Of a DNA stretch of 64,000 nucleotides, positions 9,778 through 20,019 are shown piece by piece. The notes beneath the pieces were generated by a model. It saw nothing but the letters and a program-made list of their open reading frames with translations, searched no databases and was not told where the DNA came from. The stretch is from Bdellovibrionota bacterium (lineage in GTDB: Bacteria > Bdellovibrionota > UBA2428): assembly GCA_964201665.1 (NCBI GenBank), contig CAXNEW010000002.1, forward strand, positions 9,807-73,806, read 5' to 3'. Position 1 is the first letter of the stretch, and the number at the start of each line of letters is the position of its first letter. The position numbers and the translations under genes are program-made.

Positions 9778-10971
9778 ATGGGGAGTATGGGAACCAAACT
9801 GTTCGGGGACCCGATTCCAGCAAAAATTATTCTTGAAGGCGGTTTTGCTTTTTCCGGTTTAGCTCATGGGATTGAATCCGGAACCCCCCGATTTGGTGAA
9901 TTTGTTTTTTGTACCTCAATGACCGGTATTGAAGAGTCTTTGACCGATCCTAGTTTCGCCCGCCAAGTTTTAGTGTCGACGGTTTCTCATGTTGGCAATA
10001 CCGGCTTTACAGGAGAAGACAAAGAAAGCCCACGAATTTGGACTGAAGGATTGGTGTGTCGGCACTTGACCGACCAACCTTCCAATTGGCGATCAAAACA
10101 AAGTTTGAGAGACTGGATTTTGGCCGAAGGTGCTTTTGTAGTCGCAGGCGTAGATACCCGAAAATTCACCGAAGTGCTTCGAGATTTTGGCAGCCAACGC
10201 GGGATGGTGATGTCTGAAGCGGATTTTTCAAAAATAAATTTTGAAAAAGCCAAAGCTCTTATCAACGAAAACATGCCTCCCATGGAGGGGCAAAATTTAA
10301 CTGAATTAGTTTCGACCTCACGCCCCCTACATTTTGGAACAAAAAACACCCATCCTCGTGGAAAAATTGGAATTTGGGATTTTGGATGCAAGGCCAACAC
10401 TCTTCGTATTCTTGCCCAACGCGGTTTTGAGGGGGTGCTTTTACCAGTCTCTACAAAAGCCGAAGATTTTTTATCACTAGGCCTAAATGGAATTTTACTT
10501 TCAAATGGTCCGGGAGATCCTGCTGCTGCAACCCATTTGCATGAGGAGTTAAGAAAACTTCTAGGTAAATTACCTTTGTTTGCCATTTGTTTGGGGCATC
10601 AACTTCTGGCTCATGCCCTTGGCGCAAAAACTTATAAAATGAAATACGGACATCGAGGGATCCATCATCCCGTGGTTGAGGTCGATTTGAAGTCAAAAAA
10701 AGCGCTTCGAACTTGGATTACAAGTCAAAACCATGGTTTTGCAGTCGACCCTGAGAGTTTGCCCCATCAGGCTTCAGTTTGGTTTGTACACGCTGATGAT
10801 CAAAGTGTGGAGGGTTTTCAGGTGCCTCATTTGAAAATTCGGAGTGTTCAGTTTCATCCTGAGGCTTGCCCAGGGCCTCATGATTCCGAAATTTTAATTG
10901 ATCAGTTTTTAAATTCAGTTAACCCAAAAAATGACCTCGAGGTGAATCATGAAACTTCAATCCTATCTTGA
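9778..10971 (+). CDS. carA: Carbamoyl-phosphate synthase small (glutaminase) subunit
   Basis: Class I glutamine amidotransferase catalytic Cys motif (FAICLGHQLL). CarA N-terminal domain. Confidence 0.9.
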   Translation: MGSMGTKLFGDPIPAKIILEGGFAFSGLAHGIESGTPRFGEFVFCTSMTGIEESLTDPSFARQVLVSTVSHVGNTGFTGEDKESPRIWTEGLVCRHLTDQPSNWRSKQSLRDWILAEGAFVVAGVDTRKFTEVLRDFGSQRGMVMSEADFSKINFEKAKALINENMPPMEGQNLTELVSTSRPLHFGTKNTHPRGKIGIWDFGCKANTLRILAQRGFEGVLLPVSTKAEDFLSLGLNGILLSNGPGDPAAATHLHEELRKLLGKLPLFAICLGHQLLAHALGAKTYKMKYGHRGIHHPVVEVDLKSKKALRTWITSQNHGFAVDPESLPHQASVWFVHADDQSVEGFQVPHLKIRSVQFHPEACPGPHDSEILIDQFLNSVNPKNDLEVNHETSILS

Positions 10972-11587
10972 CCGTGTTCTCGAAGCTTATTCTCGAGACG
11001 GTTACTATGAGGAGGTTCGTCGCGCAAAAGAAGAATTTTTTAGTCGCGTCGGTCAGGTTGCCGAAGGCTCTGAAAATTTTGAAACTCAAATGAAAGCTTT
11101 TTTGGATTGGTTTCTGTTTGATAGAAATTTGGAAAAATCCGAAATATGCCCCATTAAATTATTTGTGTTTGATCATGCAAATAATTTTCCGCCCGAGGAG
11201 CGCGAAATTTTTCGTGATCTCGCAAAGTCTGTTCATTCGCTTTTTGAGCTTCTCAAAGTTAAAGAGTCCGATATTTATATAAAAGATTTGTTTAGTAGCG
11301 AAAAATATATTGTTGAAGATTCCGAAATCTATTCGGGATTTAACAAAGGCGATATTTTTGAAGGGCGGCTTATTAAATTTAGAGACCGGATGGTTTTTGG
11401 TCCGTCGTTTGTTTTTCATCCAAAAGAATGTCAGGCCTTTATTTCAAAAGAAATTAAAAAGGTAAGAAATCTGGACCCCAAACACCAACTCAAGTTGATT
11501 CATCGTTTTGCCATGATGAAAATGAAGTGTGAGCAGTACTCACACATAGACGTCAAAAATATTTATACGGAAACCCCTTTGTTTTGA
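10949..11587 (+). CDS. Hypothetical protein inserted between carA and carB
   Basis: 212-aa ORF that overlaps the carA end by 23 nt and ends 5 nt before carB. No recognizable motif. Confidence 0.45.
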   Translation: MKLQSYLDRVLEAYSRDGYYEEVRRAKEEFFSRVGQVAEGSENFETQMKAFLDWFLFDRNLEKSEICPIKLFVFDHANNFPPEEREIFRDLAKSVHSLFELLKVKESDIYIKDLFSSEKYIVEDSEIYSGFNKGDIFEGRLIKFRDRMVFGPSFVFHPKECQAFISKEIKKVRNLDPKHQLKLIHRFAMMKMKCEQYSHIDVKNIYTETPLF

Positions 11588-11592
11588 TTTAA

Positions 11593-14500
11593 ATGAAAAA
11601 TTTCAAGACCCTCATCAATCCCTCTGACAAACCCAAGGATCTGCCTAAAAAGGTTTTGATTCTCGGAAGCGGCCCCATTGTGATTGGCCAAGCCTGTGAA
11701 TTTGATTATTCGGGAACTCAGGCCTGTCGGGCCCTGCGTGAAGAGGGCATTCAGACGGTTCTTTTGAATTCAAATCCGGCAACAATCATGACCGACCCGG
11801 AAATTGCGGATCGAACTTATGTCGAGCCACTGACTCCCCAAACAGTAATTGAAATTCTTCTGACCGAAAAAATAGATGCCCTGTTGCCAACGATGGGTGG
11901 TCAAACGGCTTTGAATCTTGTGACCTCGTTGTCAACAATTCCTGGGGCCTTGGATAATATTCGGGTCATTGGAGCCAATCTAAAGTCAATTCATTTAGCT
12001 GAAGACCGTAGGGCCTTTCGCGAAGTTCTTCAAAGTTTGGGAATGGATAAGCCAAGGTCTCAAGTCATTCGCAGTTTTGAAGAGGCAAAAAAGTTTAGTG
12101 AAGAAATTGGTTTTCCGCTCATTCTGCGCCCAAGCTTCACTCTTGGCGGTACTGGGCAAAATTTTGTTTTTTCACCGGATGAACTTCCGAGTCGAGTTGA
12201 ATATGCACTCGCAGAAAGTCCTATTGGCGAGGTCCTTATTGAAGAAAGCGTGATTGGTTGGAAAGAATTCGAACTTGAAGTCATGCGTGACCGCCAAGAC
12301 AACGCAATTGTTGTGTGCAGTATTGAGAATTTGGATCCGATGGGAATTCATACAGGAGATTCAGTTACCTGTGCCCCCGCTCAAACGCTGACAGATGTCG
12401 AGTATCAGGCCATGAGATCAGACGCCCTGGCGCTACTTCGCAAAGTGGGTGTTGAGACTGGCGGATGTAATGTTCAGTTCGCGGTTGATCCTAAAACAGG
12501 ACGGCGAATTGTTATCGAAATGAATCCTCGGGTGTCACGCTCAAGTGCGTTGGCCTCCAAAGCGACGGGTTTTCCCATCGCCTATGTGGCAACAAAATTG
12601 GCCTTAGGTTACGCACTTTCAGATATAGAAAACCCAATTACCGGAACAACTAAAGCCTGTTTTGAGCCACCCATTGACTATGTCGCGGTAAAAATTCCGC
12701 GATGGAATTTTGAGAAATTCCCAGGCACCCCAGATATTTTGGGCCCACAAATGCAAAGTGTGGGCGAAGTTCTTTCTTTGGGGGGATCCTTGGGAGAGGC
12801 CTACCACAAAGCATTGGTTAGCCTTGAACAAAAATGGCCAAAATTTGAAGGCGATCAACTCAAGGACAAACTCAAAAATGGCCAAAGCCAAAGACCCTAT
12901 GCAATCTGGGATGCCTTGGGCAGTGGAATGGAAATTTCTAGAGTCTCTGAGATTTCGGGTTGGGATCCTTGGTTTTTAAATGAAATTCGTCGCTATCAAA
13001 AGGTGCAAAACCTGGGGCCGGTTGCCAAAGATTTGCCCGAGGTCGAGGCCACTCGCTTCGAATGGGTGGATACTTCGTCGGCTGAGATCCCAGCAAAAAC
13101 CCCATTTTTCTATTCGACTCGTGAAAAGTTGGGTCAGTTTCAAAGTTTTTCAAATCCAAATCTAAATGAAAAACAGTTTGAAGAAATTCCCTTTGATTTA
13201 AAAAAATCTAGGGGGCGGGTTTTAATTTTAGGTTCGGGTCCTAATCGTATTGGTCAGGGTGTGGAATTTGATTATTGCTGCGTTCATGCTTCGCTATCTC
13301 TGCGGAAATTAGGCTTTGAAACCCTCATGCTCAATTGTAATCCTGAAACCGTAAGTACCGATCCAAATATTTCTACCCGGTTGTATCTGGAACCCATAAC
13401 GGAAGTTTCGGTAAAAACGGTTTTAAAACGTGAGCTTGATCCTGTGGTTCGAGCCGGCGGAGAGGCCTATGTTTTGGTGCAAACCGGAGGTCAAACTCCA
13501 CTCAAAGTTGCTAAGCAAATCGAAGCGTGGGGCTATAGAATTTTAGGAACGCCTAACGATGCTATCGACCTGTGTGAAGATCGCACCCGTTTTGCAGATC
13601 TTTTGAAAGAACTCGACATTCCGTTCCCTGAATTTCGCCAGGCCACTTCGCTCGAAGAAACCTTGAAAGTTGGCGAAGAACTCGGCTTTCCGCTCCTAGT
13701 GAGGCCTTCTTACGTTTTAGGCGGTCGCGCCATGAAAATCTGCGCTCATGTTGAAGATTTAAAACAGTCTTTTGTAGAGGCCCGAGCCGTTAGCGAAGAG
13801 TATCCGCTTTTTATCGATCGCTTTTTACCCGAGGCCGTTGAATTTGATATCGATGGAATTTGTGATGGCAAAAAAGCCTGGCTTGCTGGAGTCATGGAAC
13901 ACGTTGAAGAGGCTGGAATTCACAGCGGAGATTCTTCCTGTGTGACTCCACCCATCCGCTTGCCGGCAGCCAAAATTGACGAAATGGCCGGACTTGCAAA
14001 AAAAATCGCTCTTAGGAGCGGAGTTCGTGGATTTTTTAATATCCAAATGGCCGTAGCCAAAAATAAAATCTATGTACTTGAAGCTAATCCAAGAGCCTCA
14101 AGGACTGTTCCGTTTTTGTCCAAAGCTACGGGCTATGCAATTTTAGACTGGGGCTTGCGAGCAGCTCTGGGTGAAAGTTTGGAAGTCATAATTTCTTCAG
14201 AAGGAAATATTCCTGGAAATTATCGACTTCCGGGGCATGGCTACGCTGTTAAAACGCCCGTTTTTCCTTTTCAAAAATTTAGGGAATTTGATCCCATTTT
14301 AGGCCCTGAAATGCGAAGCACGGGTGAGGTCATGGGCGTTGATAAAACTTTGGGAGGCGCCTTTGCCAAAGCCTTCATTGCGGCTGGGACGCAGCTACCG
14401 GTTAAGGGTGAAATACTTTGGAGTGTGACTGACTCAGACAAGCCAAGGGCATTGAGTGTTGCCAGGCTCTTTAGCTTTATGGGTTTTGAACTTTCTGGAA

Positions 14501-14814
14501 CTCCCGGAACAGCTGATTATCTGAATCGGGCAGGATTGGTCTGCAAAGTGGTTCCCAAGATTGGTCAAAAAACAAACGATTCTGACGAAGACCTTCTCGA
14601 CTATCTCAAAAAACATCGTTGCGCTCTTGTTGTGAACACAACGGGCAGTTTGGTTTCGCTTCGTGATCGAGGAAGTATCCGACGAGAAGCTTTGAAAAAC
14701 CGCATCCCCCTACTTTCAACACTTGCTGCAGCCGAAATGGCCTCCATGGCCATCGAAACTCTAACAAAAAAGGGCATTCGACCCCTTGCCCTCCAGGATT
14801 TTGTTGAGGTTTGA
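11593..14814 (+). CDS. carB: Carbamoyl-phosphate synthase large subunit
   Basis: 1073 aa with a duplicated ATP-grasp architecture (KVLILGSGPIVIGQACEFDYSG ... RVLILGSGPNRIGQGVEFDYC) and an MGS-like C-terminal domain. Confidence 0.95.
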   Translation: MKNFKTLINPSDKPKDLPKKVLILGSGPIVIGQACEFDYSGTQACRALREEGIQTVLLNSNPATIMTDPEIADRTYVEPLTPQTVIEILLTEKIDALLPTMGGQTALNLVTSLSTIPGALDNIRVIGANLKSIHLAEDRRAFREVLQSLGMDKPRSQVIRSFEEAKKFSEEIGFPLILRPSFTLGGTGQNFVFSPDELPSRVEYALAESPIGEVLIEESVIGWKEFELEVMRDRQDNAIVVCSIENLDPMGIHTGDSVTCAPAQTLTDVEYQAMRSDALALLRKVGVETGGCNVQFAVDPKTGRRIVIEMNPRVSRSSALASKATGFPIAYVATKLALGYALSDIENPITGTTKACFEPPIDYVAVKIPRWNFEKFPGTPDILGPQMQSVGEVLSLGGSLGEAYHKALVSLEQKWPKFEGDQLKDKLKNGQSQRPYAIWDALGSGMEISRVSEISGWDPWFLNEIRRYQKVQNLGPVAKDLPEVEATRFEWVDTSSAEIPAKTPFFYSTREKLGQFQSFSNPNLNEKQFEEIPFDLKKSRGRVLILGSGPNRIGQGVEFDYCCVHASLSLRKLGFETLMLNCNPETVSTDPNISTRLYLEPITEVSVKTVLKRELDPVVRAGGEAYVLVQTGGQTPLKVAKQIEAWGYRILGTPNDAIDLCEDRTRFADLLKELDIPFPEFRQATSLEETLKVGEELGFPLLVRPSYVLGGRAMKICAHVEDLKQSFVEARAVSEEYPLFIDRFLPEAVEFDIDGICDGKKAWLAGVMEHVEEAGIHSGDSSCVTPPIRLPAAKIDEMAGLAKKIALRSGVRGFFNIQMAVAKNKIYVLEANPRASRTVPFLSKATGYAILDWGLRAALGESLEVIISSEGNIPGNYRLPGHGYAVKTPVFPFQKFREFDPILGPEMRSTGEVMGVDKTLGGAFAKAFIAAGTQLPVKGEILWSVTDSDKPRALSVARLFSFMGFELSGTPGTADYLNRAGLVCKVVPKIGQKTNDSDEDLLDYLKKHRCALVVNTTGSLVSLRDRGSIRREALKNRIPLLSTLAAAEMASMAIETLTKKGIRPLALQDFVEV

Positions 14815-14841
14815 GGCGAGTTCTGGCAGTTTTGAGTCATT

Positions 14842-15315
14842 GTGAACGACAAAATCCCCATTACCCTCACCGGCAAAAACACTCTAGAAGAAGAACTTCG
14901 CCGGTTAAAAAGCGTTGAGCGTCCGGCTGTGATTGAAGCCATTTCCGTTGCTAGAGCGCATGGGGACCTTTCGGAGAATGCAGAATATTCAGCAGCCCGA
15001 GAAAAACAAAGTTTTATTGAGGGCCGCATTTTAGAAATCGGCGACAAGCTGGCTCGAGCCGAAGTCATCGACCCCACTTCGATTAAAACCGACAAGATTG
15101 TTTTTGGTGCCACTGTAGTTGTTGTGGATGAAGATGGAAAAAAACAAAATTATCAAATTGTAGGCGAGCCTGAGGCTGACTTATCCAAAGGAAAAATTTC
15201 TGTAGCTTCTCCGATTGCTCGCGCCCTGCTTGGTAAAACTGAAGGCGAAGAGGCCACCGTAAAAAGTCCTAAAGGGGAGATTGTTTACGAAATCGTCTCT
15301 GTCCGATACCAGTAG
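14842..15315 (+). CDS. greA: Transcription elongation factor GreA
   Basis: ITLTGKNTLEEELRRLK coiled-coil N-terminus with AHGDLSENAEY, then the FKBP-like C-terminal domain. GTG start. Confidence 0.85.
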   Translation: MNDKIPITLTGKNTLEEELRRLKSVERPAVIEAISVARAHGDLSENAEYSAAREKQSFIEGRILEIGDKLARAEVIDPTSIKTDKIVFGATVVVVDEDGKKQNYQIVGEPEADLSKGKISVASPIARALLGKTEGEEATVKSPKGEIVYEIVSVRYQ

Positions 15316-17599
15316 CAATCCTGCATCTCCTCCGAATCCTCATTTCGGCGAAAATAAAATTGGCCTCATCCAACTTCAAACCTTTGATATTCGCTTTTTA
15401 AAAGGAGTTGGAGATAAAATTTCAGCACTCTTAAATGCCGCGGGAATTGTTTCGTTTTGGGATTTGCTCACGTTTTTTCCGCGTACCTACGAAGATCGTA
15501 GGCGCATGCCGACATTTTCTGAAATTTGCCGGCTTGCTGAATCCGGAGAATCCATTCAAGGGCGAGTGATTTTAGAACGAATTGTTCCTCGTTTTGCTGG
15601 CGGAGGTCGCAAATGGTTTGAAGGAGTAGGGCAGTTTTTACCCACGGGCGAAAAATTTGAATCCGAAAAAATCAATCTCAGCGAAATAAATTCCGGGGAA
15701 ACAAGCCCGTCGCGGGGACAAAAAATTCTTTTCACCTGGTTTCACACCTACGGGCCGCCGCTTGATAAAAAATATCCACCAGGGTCGATTTTGTTTTTTC
15801 GCGGAAAAGGTCAAATTTTTCGTGGAAGTGTGCAATGTGTGCACCCTGATTTACAAAAAATGGATACTGAAAATCCTGAATACGAAAAGGGTATTGTTCC
15901 GATTTACCGAGAAATTGGTGGAATATCGACTCGTGTTCTGAGGCGAATTATTTTTGGAGCCTTAAACCGAATAGAGTTTACAAGTTGCCCGGATCCTTTG
16001 CCTCCAGTGTTTCTAAACAAATTTAAGTTTTCTGATTGGCGAAAATGTATTCGAGAAATTCATTTTCCAAAAGACTGGGAACCCGAATGGGCCGAGCCTG
16101 TTCCAGCAGGAAAATTTTTTGATCGGGTTGTGTTTGAAGAGCTCCTCATTGTTTCTCTTGCTTTGCTTTTGAGAAGAACTCTTTGGAAGACCGGCCGGTG
16201 GGATGAAGGATCTCAATCTATTCCGCCTCTTGTTGAGGTGAACCCCGATTTTCTAGGTGCCTTGACCCAGTCTTTGCCCTTTAAGCTCACAAGCGACCAA
16301 GAAAAATCTCTGGACGAAGTGCTGAAAGATCTAAGCCTTCGTGGGGGGCGTGTCTCGATGCATCGCCTGGTGCAGGGTGATGTGGGTAGTGGAAAAACCA
16401 TTGTTGCTTTTCTTGCAGCATTGGCAGCAATTGACCAAGGCTTTCAAGTTGCACTTATGGCTCCAACTGAGATTTTGGCTGATCAGCATTTTCAGAATTT
16501 TTCTAAATTGTTTCCCAATAAAAGTCATTTATGTTTGCTTTTAAAGGGGGCCTTGACTGCTAAACAAAAACGCGAAACTCGAGCCGATATTTTTTCGGGC
16601 CAGGCTAAGTTGGTTATCGGCACACAGGCGCTTTTGACTGCTGACACTTTGTTTGAGGCCTTGGGGCTTGTCATTATTGACGAGCAACACCGGTTTGGAG
16701 TGGCCCAACGGTGGCAGCTCAAAAATCGGGCTCAAAAAGAGGGCCTGTTGCAGCCCCATCTTTTGGTCATGAGTGCAACTCCAATACCCAGATCTTTGGC
16801 ACTTACTTTATATGGCGATTTAGAAATGAGTGTGATTCGCCAAAAGCCCGCGGGGCGCCAACCCATTGAAACTCATTTAGTCAGAAGACGTGCACAAACT
16901 CGACTCGAACAAAGGCTTTTGGAATTCACAAAAGAGAACCGGCAAATATATATTGTTTATCCTTTGGTTGAAGAATCTGAAGAACTTGATTTGAAAGACG
17001 TAAAATCATCCCACGCTCATTGGTCGAAAATTTTTTCTGGATGTGAGGTTGGTCTTCTGCATGGTCGCATGAAGTCTAAAGAAAAAGAATTTGTCATGCG
17101 TCGTTTTAGCGCGGGTGAAATTCAGGTCCTTGTCTCAACAACGGTGATTGAGGTGGGAGTTGATGTACCCAATGCAACGGTCATGGTCATCGAGCACGCC
17201 GAAAGATTTGGTCTCTCGCAGCTTCACCAACTTCGCGGAAGAGTGGGAAGGGGTTCGCAAAAAAGTTTCTGTATACTGGTAGGCCCCGACAAACTTTCAG
17301 AAACAGCCGAGGCTCGATTAAAAATTTTAGTAGAATCAAACGACGGGTTTGTGATAGCCGAAAAAGATTTAGATATCCGTGGCCCCGGTGAGTTTTTAGG
17401 CTCACGCCAAAGTGGTGTGGCAGGATTCCGCATTGCTCATTTGCTGCGCGATCAAGATTTACTTATAAAGGCTCGCGCCGAAGCCGAAGAGTTTTCAAAG
17501 ACAGATCCTCTGCTTAAGACCGAAACTGGCGAAAAACTGCGTAGCCTCATGAATTTGTGGCTAAGAGGCAGAGCACTAGACTGGACCTCGAGTGGGTAG
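15281..17599 (+). CDS. recG: ATP-dependent DNA helicase RecG
   Basis: N-terminal wedge region (LKGVGDKISALL...FFPRTYEDR), helicase motif I DVGSGKT, DEQHRFGV, and a C-terminal helicase domain. Only an in-frame TTG at 15281 is available as start, which overlaps the greA 3' end by 35 nt. Confidence 0.85.
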   Translation: MFTKSSLSDTSSNPASPPNPHFGENKIGLIQLQTFDIRFLKGVGDKISALLNAAGIVSFWDLLTFFPRTYEDRRRMPTFSEICRLAESGESIQGRVILERIVPRFAGGGRKWFEGVGQFLPTGEKFESEKINLSEINSGETSPSRGQKILFTWFHTYGPPLDKKYPPGSILFFRGKGQIFRGSVQCVHPDLQKMDTENPEYEKGIVPIYREIGGISTRVLRRIIFGALNRIEFTSCPDPLPPVFLNKFKFSDWRKCIREIHFPKDWEPEWAEPVPAGKFFDRVVFEELLIVSLALLLRRTLWKTGRWDEGSQSIPPLVEVNPDFLGALTQSLPFKLTSDQEKSLDEVLKDLSLRGGRVSMHRLVQGDVGSGKTIVAFLAALAAIDQGFQVALMAPTEILADQHFQNFSKLFPNKSHLCLLLKGALTAKQKRETRADIFSGQAKLVIGTQALLTADTLFEALGLVIIDEQHRFGVAQRWQLKNRAQKEGLLQPHLLVMSATPIPRSLALTLYGDLEMSVIRQKPAGRQPIETHLVRRRAQTRLEQRLLEFTKENRQIYIVYPLVEESEELDLKDVKSSHAHWSKIFSGCEVGLLHGRMKSKEKEFVMRRFSAGEIQVLVSTTVIEVGVDVPNATVMVIEHAERFGLSQLHQLRGRVGRGSQKSFCILVGPDKLSETAEARLKILVESNDGFVIAEKDLDIRGPGEFLGSRQSGVAGFRIAHLLRDQDLLIKARAEAEEFSKTDPLLKTETGEKLRSLMNLWLRGRALDWTSSG

Positions 17600-17716
17600 C
17601 CTGTGGCTGCCGATAAACGCCCATCTTTCCATTTCTCTCTCCTTCGGGGCCCTAGGCGCGGCCACCTCAGTCGCTGCGAAATGAAAATATGGGCATTTCT
17701 CGGCAGCCACTGGAGG
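17600..17716. terminator. Long imperfect inverted repeat (bidirectional terminator or REP-like) between convergent recG and the hipA-like gene
   Basis: CCTGTGGCTGCCGATAAACGCCCAT ... ATGGGCATTTCTCGGCAGCCACTGG form an extended stem. Confidence 0.45.
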
Positions 17717-19033
17717 TCATCCCGAAACGATTTTTAGGTTGGCCTTAGCGATTTTTTGGAATTCTGACGAGATTGTTTTATCTTGCGACAGTCTTGACCA
17801 AAATTCGAGGGCGAGTTTTTTCGCCGCTTGCCAATGAGGAATTTGTTCAATTTCTGCTATGGGAACTTTAAAATCTCTTGTAACTAGGTTCCCTTGGATC
17901 GGTGCGTAGAGCATGGGCAACATGTCATAAATAGGAGCAAGTGAAAAGTTTTTTTGGCCAAAATCCCAGTACAAACTTAGATTTCCAAAATGCCTGTCAG
18001 TGTTGGCAATAAGGGCGCCAAAGCAATCTAAATGTGTGATTGACTCAAAATCTCGTTTTGAAATTTGTTTTTGATCAAATAATTTTTTTCCAGTTTGAGT
18101 CCAGCTATTTCTTTGTCCGACAAATTCATCGTCGATACTACCCAAGCTAAGAATTCCCCTTCGTCCGCCGATCCCGACTCGGTCAAAACGTTCAACTTCA
18201 AGAAAGACTTGGTCACCACATTCGAGGATTTCTGTTTTCACAGCTAAAAACCCGTTTTCATTTAGAAGACTAAGAGCAGTATGTTCGGCAATTAGTAAAT
18301 CGGCCCAGCGTTGGCCCGCTTCGGATTTAGCGGCAGGCGAAAATTTTACTAGGACATGGTGAAATTTTTTGCCATTTTGTATGAGCGCAGTAAATTTGGG
18401 TTGTTCCCCACCGGCTGATGATCCAACAAAAGTCCCCTTGAGGGATTCTAATGCAAGCTGCGGATAGATTTTGTTTCTTTGGCCATGAGAATAGGTTTTG
18501 CCTCCTTCCGTTTGATAACGCTCAAAAGATTCTCGTCCAATGATGAGATTTCCAACCAAATCATCGCCCCTTTGGCTAAGCGTCCGATACAGGTCATCTT
18601 CCTTCCAATCCTCCCACCGGTCAGGAAGTTTGAGGGCTGTATTTTGCCTACCAAAAATTTTTCCTAAGAAACCTTGAGGACGAATATCCCAAACAAAAAA
18701 CGGGATATCAGAAAAAAATTGGGGTTTTAGTTTTGAATCTTCATTAGGAAAAAACAAGGCTCCTTTTGGAAGAAGGGGGTGGAGTCCTCCTAAATTCACA
18801 GCACGAGAATTTTCGTCGATCTTTAATATTGGGAGTGGTTCTGGACTCCGAGGGAGAGCGTAAACCCGGCTTCGTCCGCTTCCAATTGTTAAAATGTCCG
18901 TCATTTGTGAAACAAGTCGAGAGAAAGTGGGCTGTTTCAATTTGAGTGCGGAGGTAATTTCTAAAGCCGAAAGCGCTCCCCTTTGCCGTAGCAGTTTTCG
19001 GACGAGGTCTTGGTTTTGCTCCACTTTAGCCAT
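17717..19033 (-). CDS. HipA-family Ser/Thr kinase with an N-terminal HTH domain (YjjJ/HipH-like)
   Basis: C-terminal HipA catalytic motif (GALIANTDRHFGNLSLYW), a HipA_C-like core, and an N-terminal HTH (LSALEITSALKLKQPTFSRLV). Start placed at MAKVEQ, because the 22-codon upstream extension in the ORF track reads through AT-rich repeats. Confidence 0.7.
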   Translation of the reverse strand: MAKVEQNQDLVRKLLRQRGALSALEITSALKLKQPTFSRLVSQMTDILTIGSGRSRVYALPRSPEPLPILKIDENSRAVNLGGLHPLLPKGALFFPNEDSKLKPQFFSDIPFFVWDIRPQGFLGKIFGRQNTALKLPDRWEDWKEDDLYRTLSQRGDDLVGNLIIGRESFERYQTEGGKTYSHGQRNKIYPQLALESLKGTFVGSSAGGEQPKFTALIQNGKKFHHVLVKFSPAAKSEAGQRWADLLIAEHTALSLLNENGFLAVKTEILECGDQVFLEVERFDRVGIGGRRGILSLGSIDDEFVGQRNSWTQTGKKLFDQKQISKRDFESITHLDCFGALIANTDRHFGNLSLYWDFGQKNFSLAPIYDMLPMLYAPIQGNLVTRDFKVPIAEIEQIPHWQAAKKLALEFWSRLSQDKTISSEFQKIAKANLKIVSG

Positions 19034-19051
19034 GCGTTCAATTCTAACAGA

Positions 19052-19084
19052 AAATGAATACAAAAATGAATAGTAAAATGAATA
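19052..19084. promoter_or_regulatory. Three tandem 12-bp repeats (NNAAAATGAATA) immediately upstream of the HTH-HipA start, with a fourth copy at 19163-19171
   Basis: agAAAATGAATA caAAAATGAATA gtAAAATGAATA, one helical turn apart. Confidence 0.4.
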
Positions 19085-19293
19085 TTTTGGTGCATACAAA
19101 AGGTAAAAAAATCAAATATTTATATCATATATAGTCAAAAATTAAGCCCTTTTTGAACACTAAAATGAATAGAAAATTTTAGTTTGAGTTCGAAGTAAAG
19201 CGGAGGCGATCAAACCCAAAATCGAAACAACACCTCCCTAAGCGAGTGTTTCTCATTTCACAGTGAAGTGAAGTTTTGGCATAACCCATCCGG

Positions 19294-20007
19294 ATGGCAC
19301 AACTAACCGCACCACAAATTGAGCTCCGTAAATTTGCTACTCAAAGTCGGGCTGAAGTTCAGCAGCGATTTTTTAAAACGGGGCCTGGGGAGTATGGCCA
19401 TGGTGATATTTTTATTGGCGTCACCGTGCCCGACACCCGTGCAGTTTGTAAAAAATTTTCGAACATCGAGTTGAGCGAAATCGAAAAAATTCTCAAGAGT
19501 GAAATTCACGAAGACAGGCTTTTGGGTCTTTTATTTGTTGTTCAAAAGTACCAAAAAGCTCGAGCCCAAAGTGAAAAACTGAAAATTCTAAATTTCTATT
19601 TAAAAAACAAAGATCGCATCAATAACTGGGATTTAGTTGATGTGACAGTTCATAAAATCGTTGGCGAGTTTGCACTTGAATTTGACCAACAAAAAATCAT
19701 TCAAAAACTCTCAAAATCGAAACGTCACTGGGATAAGCGCATGGCCGTAATTTCAACTTATGCCTTCATACGAAAAGGAAAAGTTAATTTGACATATTCC
19801 TTGGCCGAGAAATTTTTAAATGAAACAGAAGATCTCATGCACAAAGCTACAGGCTGGATGCTAAGGGAAGCCGGAAAAAAGAATCCAAATCGATTGCGCG
19901 ATTTTTTAAAAAAACACGGGAAAAAAATGCCCCGTACTATGCTCAGGTATTCCATCGAAAAATTTTCAGAGGCTGAAAGAAAAAAAATATTAACTGAAAC
20001 GAAGTAA
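19294..20007 (+). CDS. DNA alkylation repair protein (AlkD/AlkC-like HEAT-repeat glycosylase family)
   Basis: Overall pattern of the PF08713-type family: helical repeats, WDLVD, KRHWDKRMAV, ATGWMLRE. Confidence 0.7.
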   Translation: MAQLTAPQIELRKFATQSRAEVQQRFFKTGPGEYGHGDIFIGVTVPDTRAVCKKFSNIELSEIEKILKSEIHEDRLLGLLFVVQKYQKARAQSEKLKILNFYLKNKDRINNWDLVDVTVHKIVGEFALEFDQQKIIQKLSKSKRHWDKRMAVISTYAFIRKGKVNLTYSLAEKFLNETEDLMHKATGWMLREAGKKNPNRLRDFLKKHGKKMPRTMLRYSIEKFSEAERKKILTETK

Positions 20008-20019
20008 ATAAAATGCAGT

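Noticed and set aside
12060-14616. Multiple short ORFs (60-90 aa) on both strands inside carB
   Set aside because: They are embedded in a strongly supported 1073-aa CDS and have no independent support.
19034-19099. 22-codon N-terminal extension of the HipA-like ORF (MYAPKYSFYYSFLYSFSVRIER)
   Set aside because: It reads through the AT-rich tandem 12-bp repeats and produces a Tyr/Ser/Phe repeat artefact. Start reassigned to MAKVEQ.
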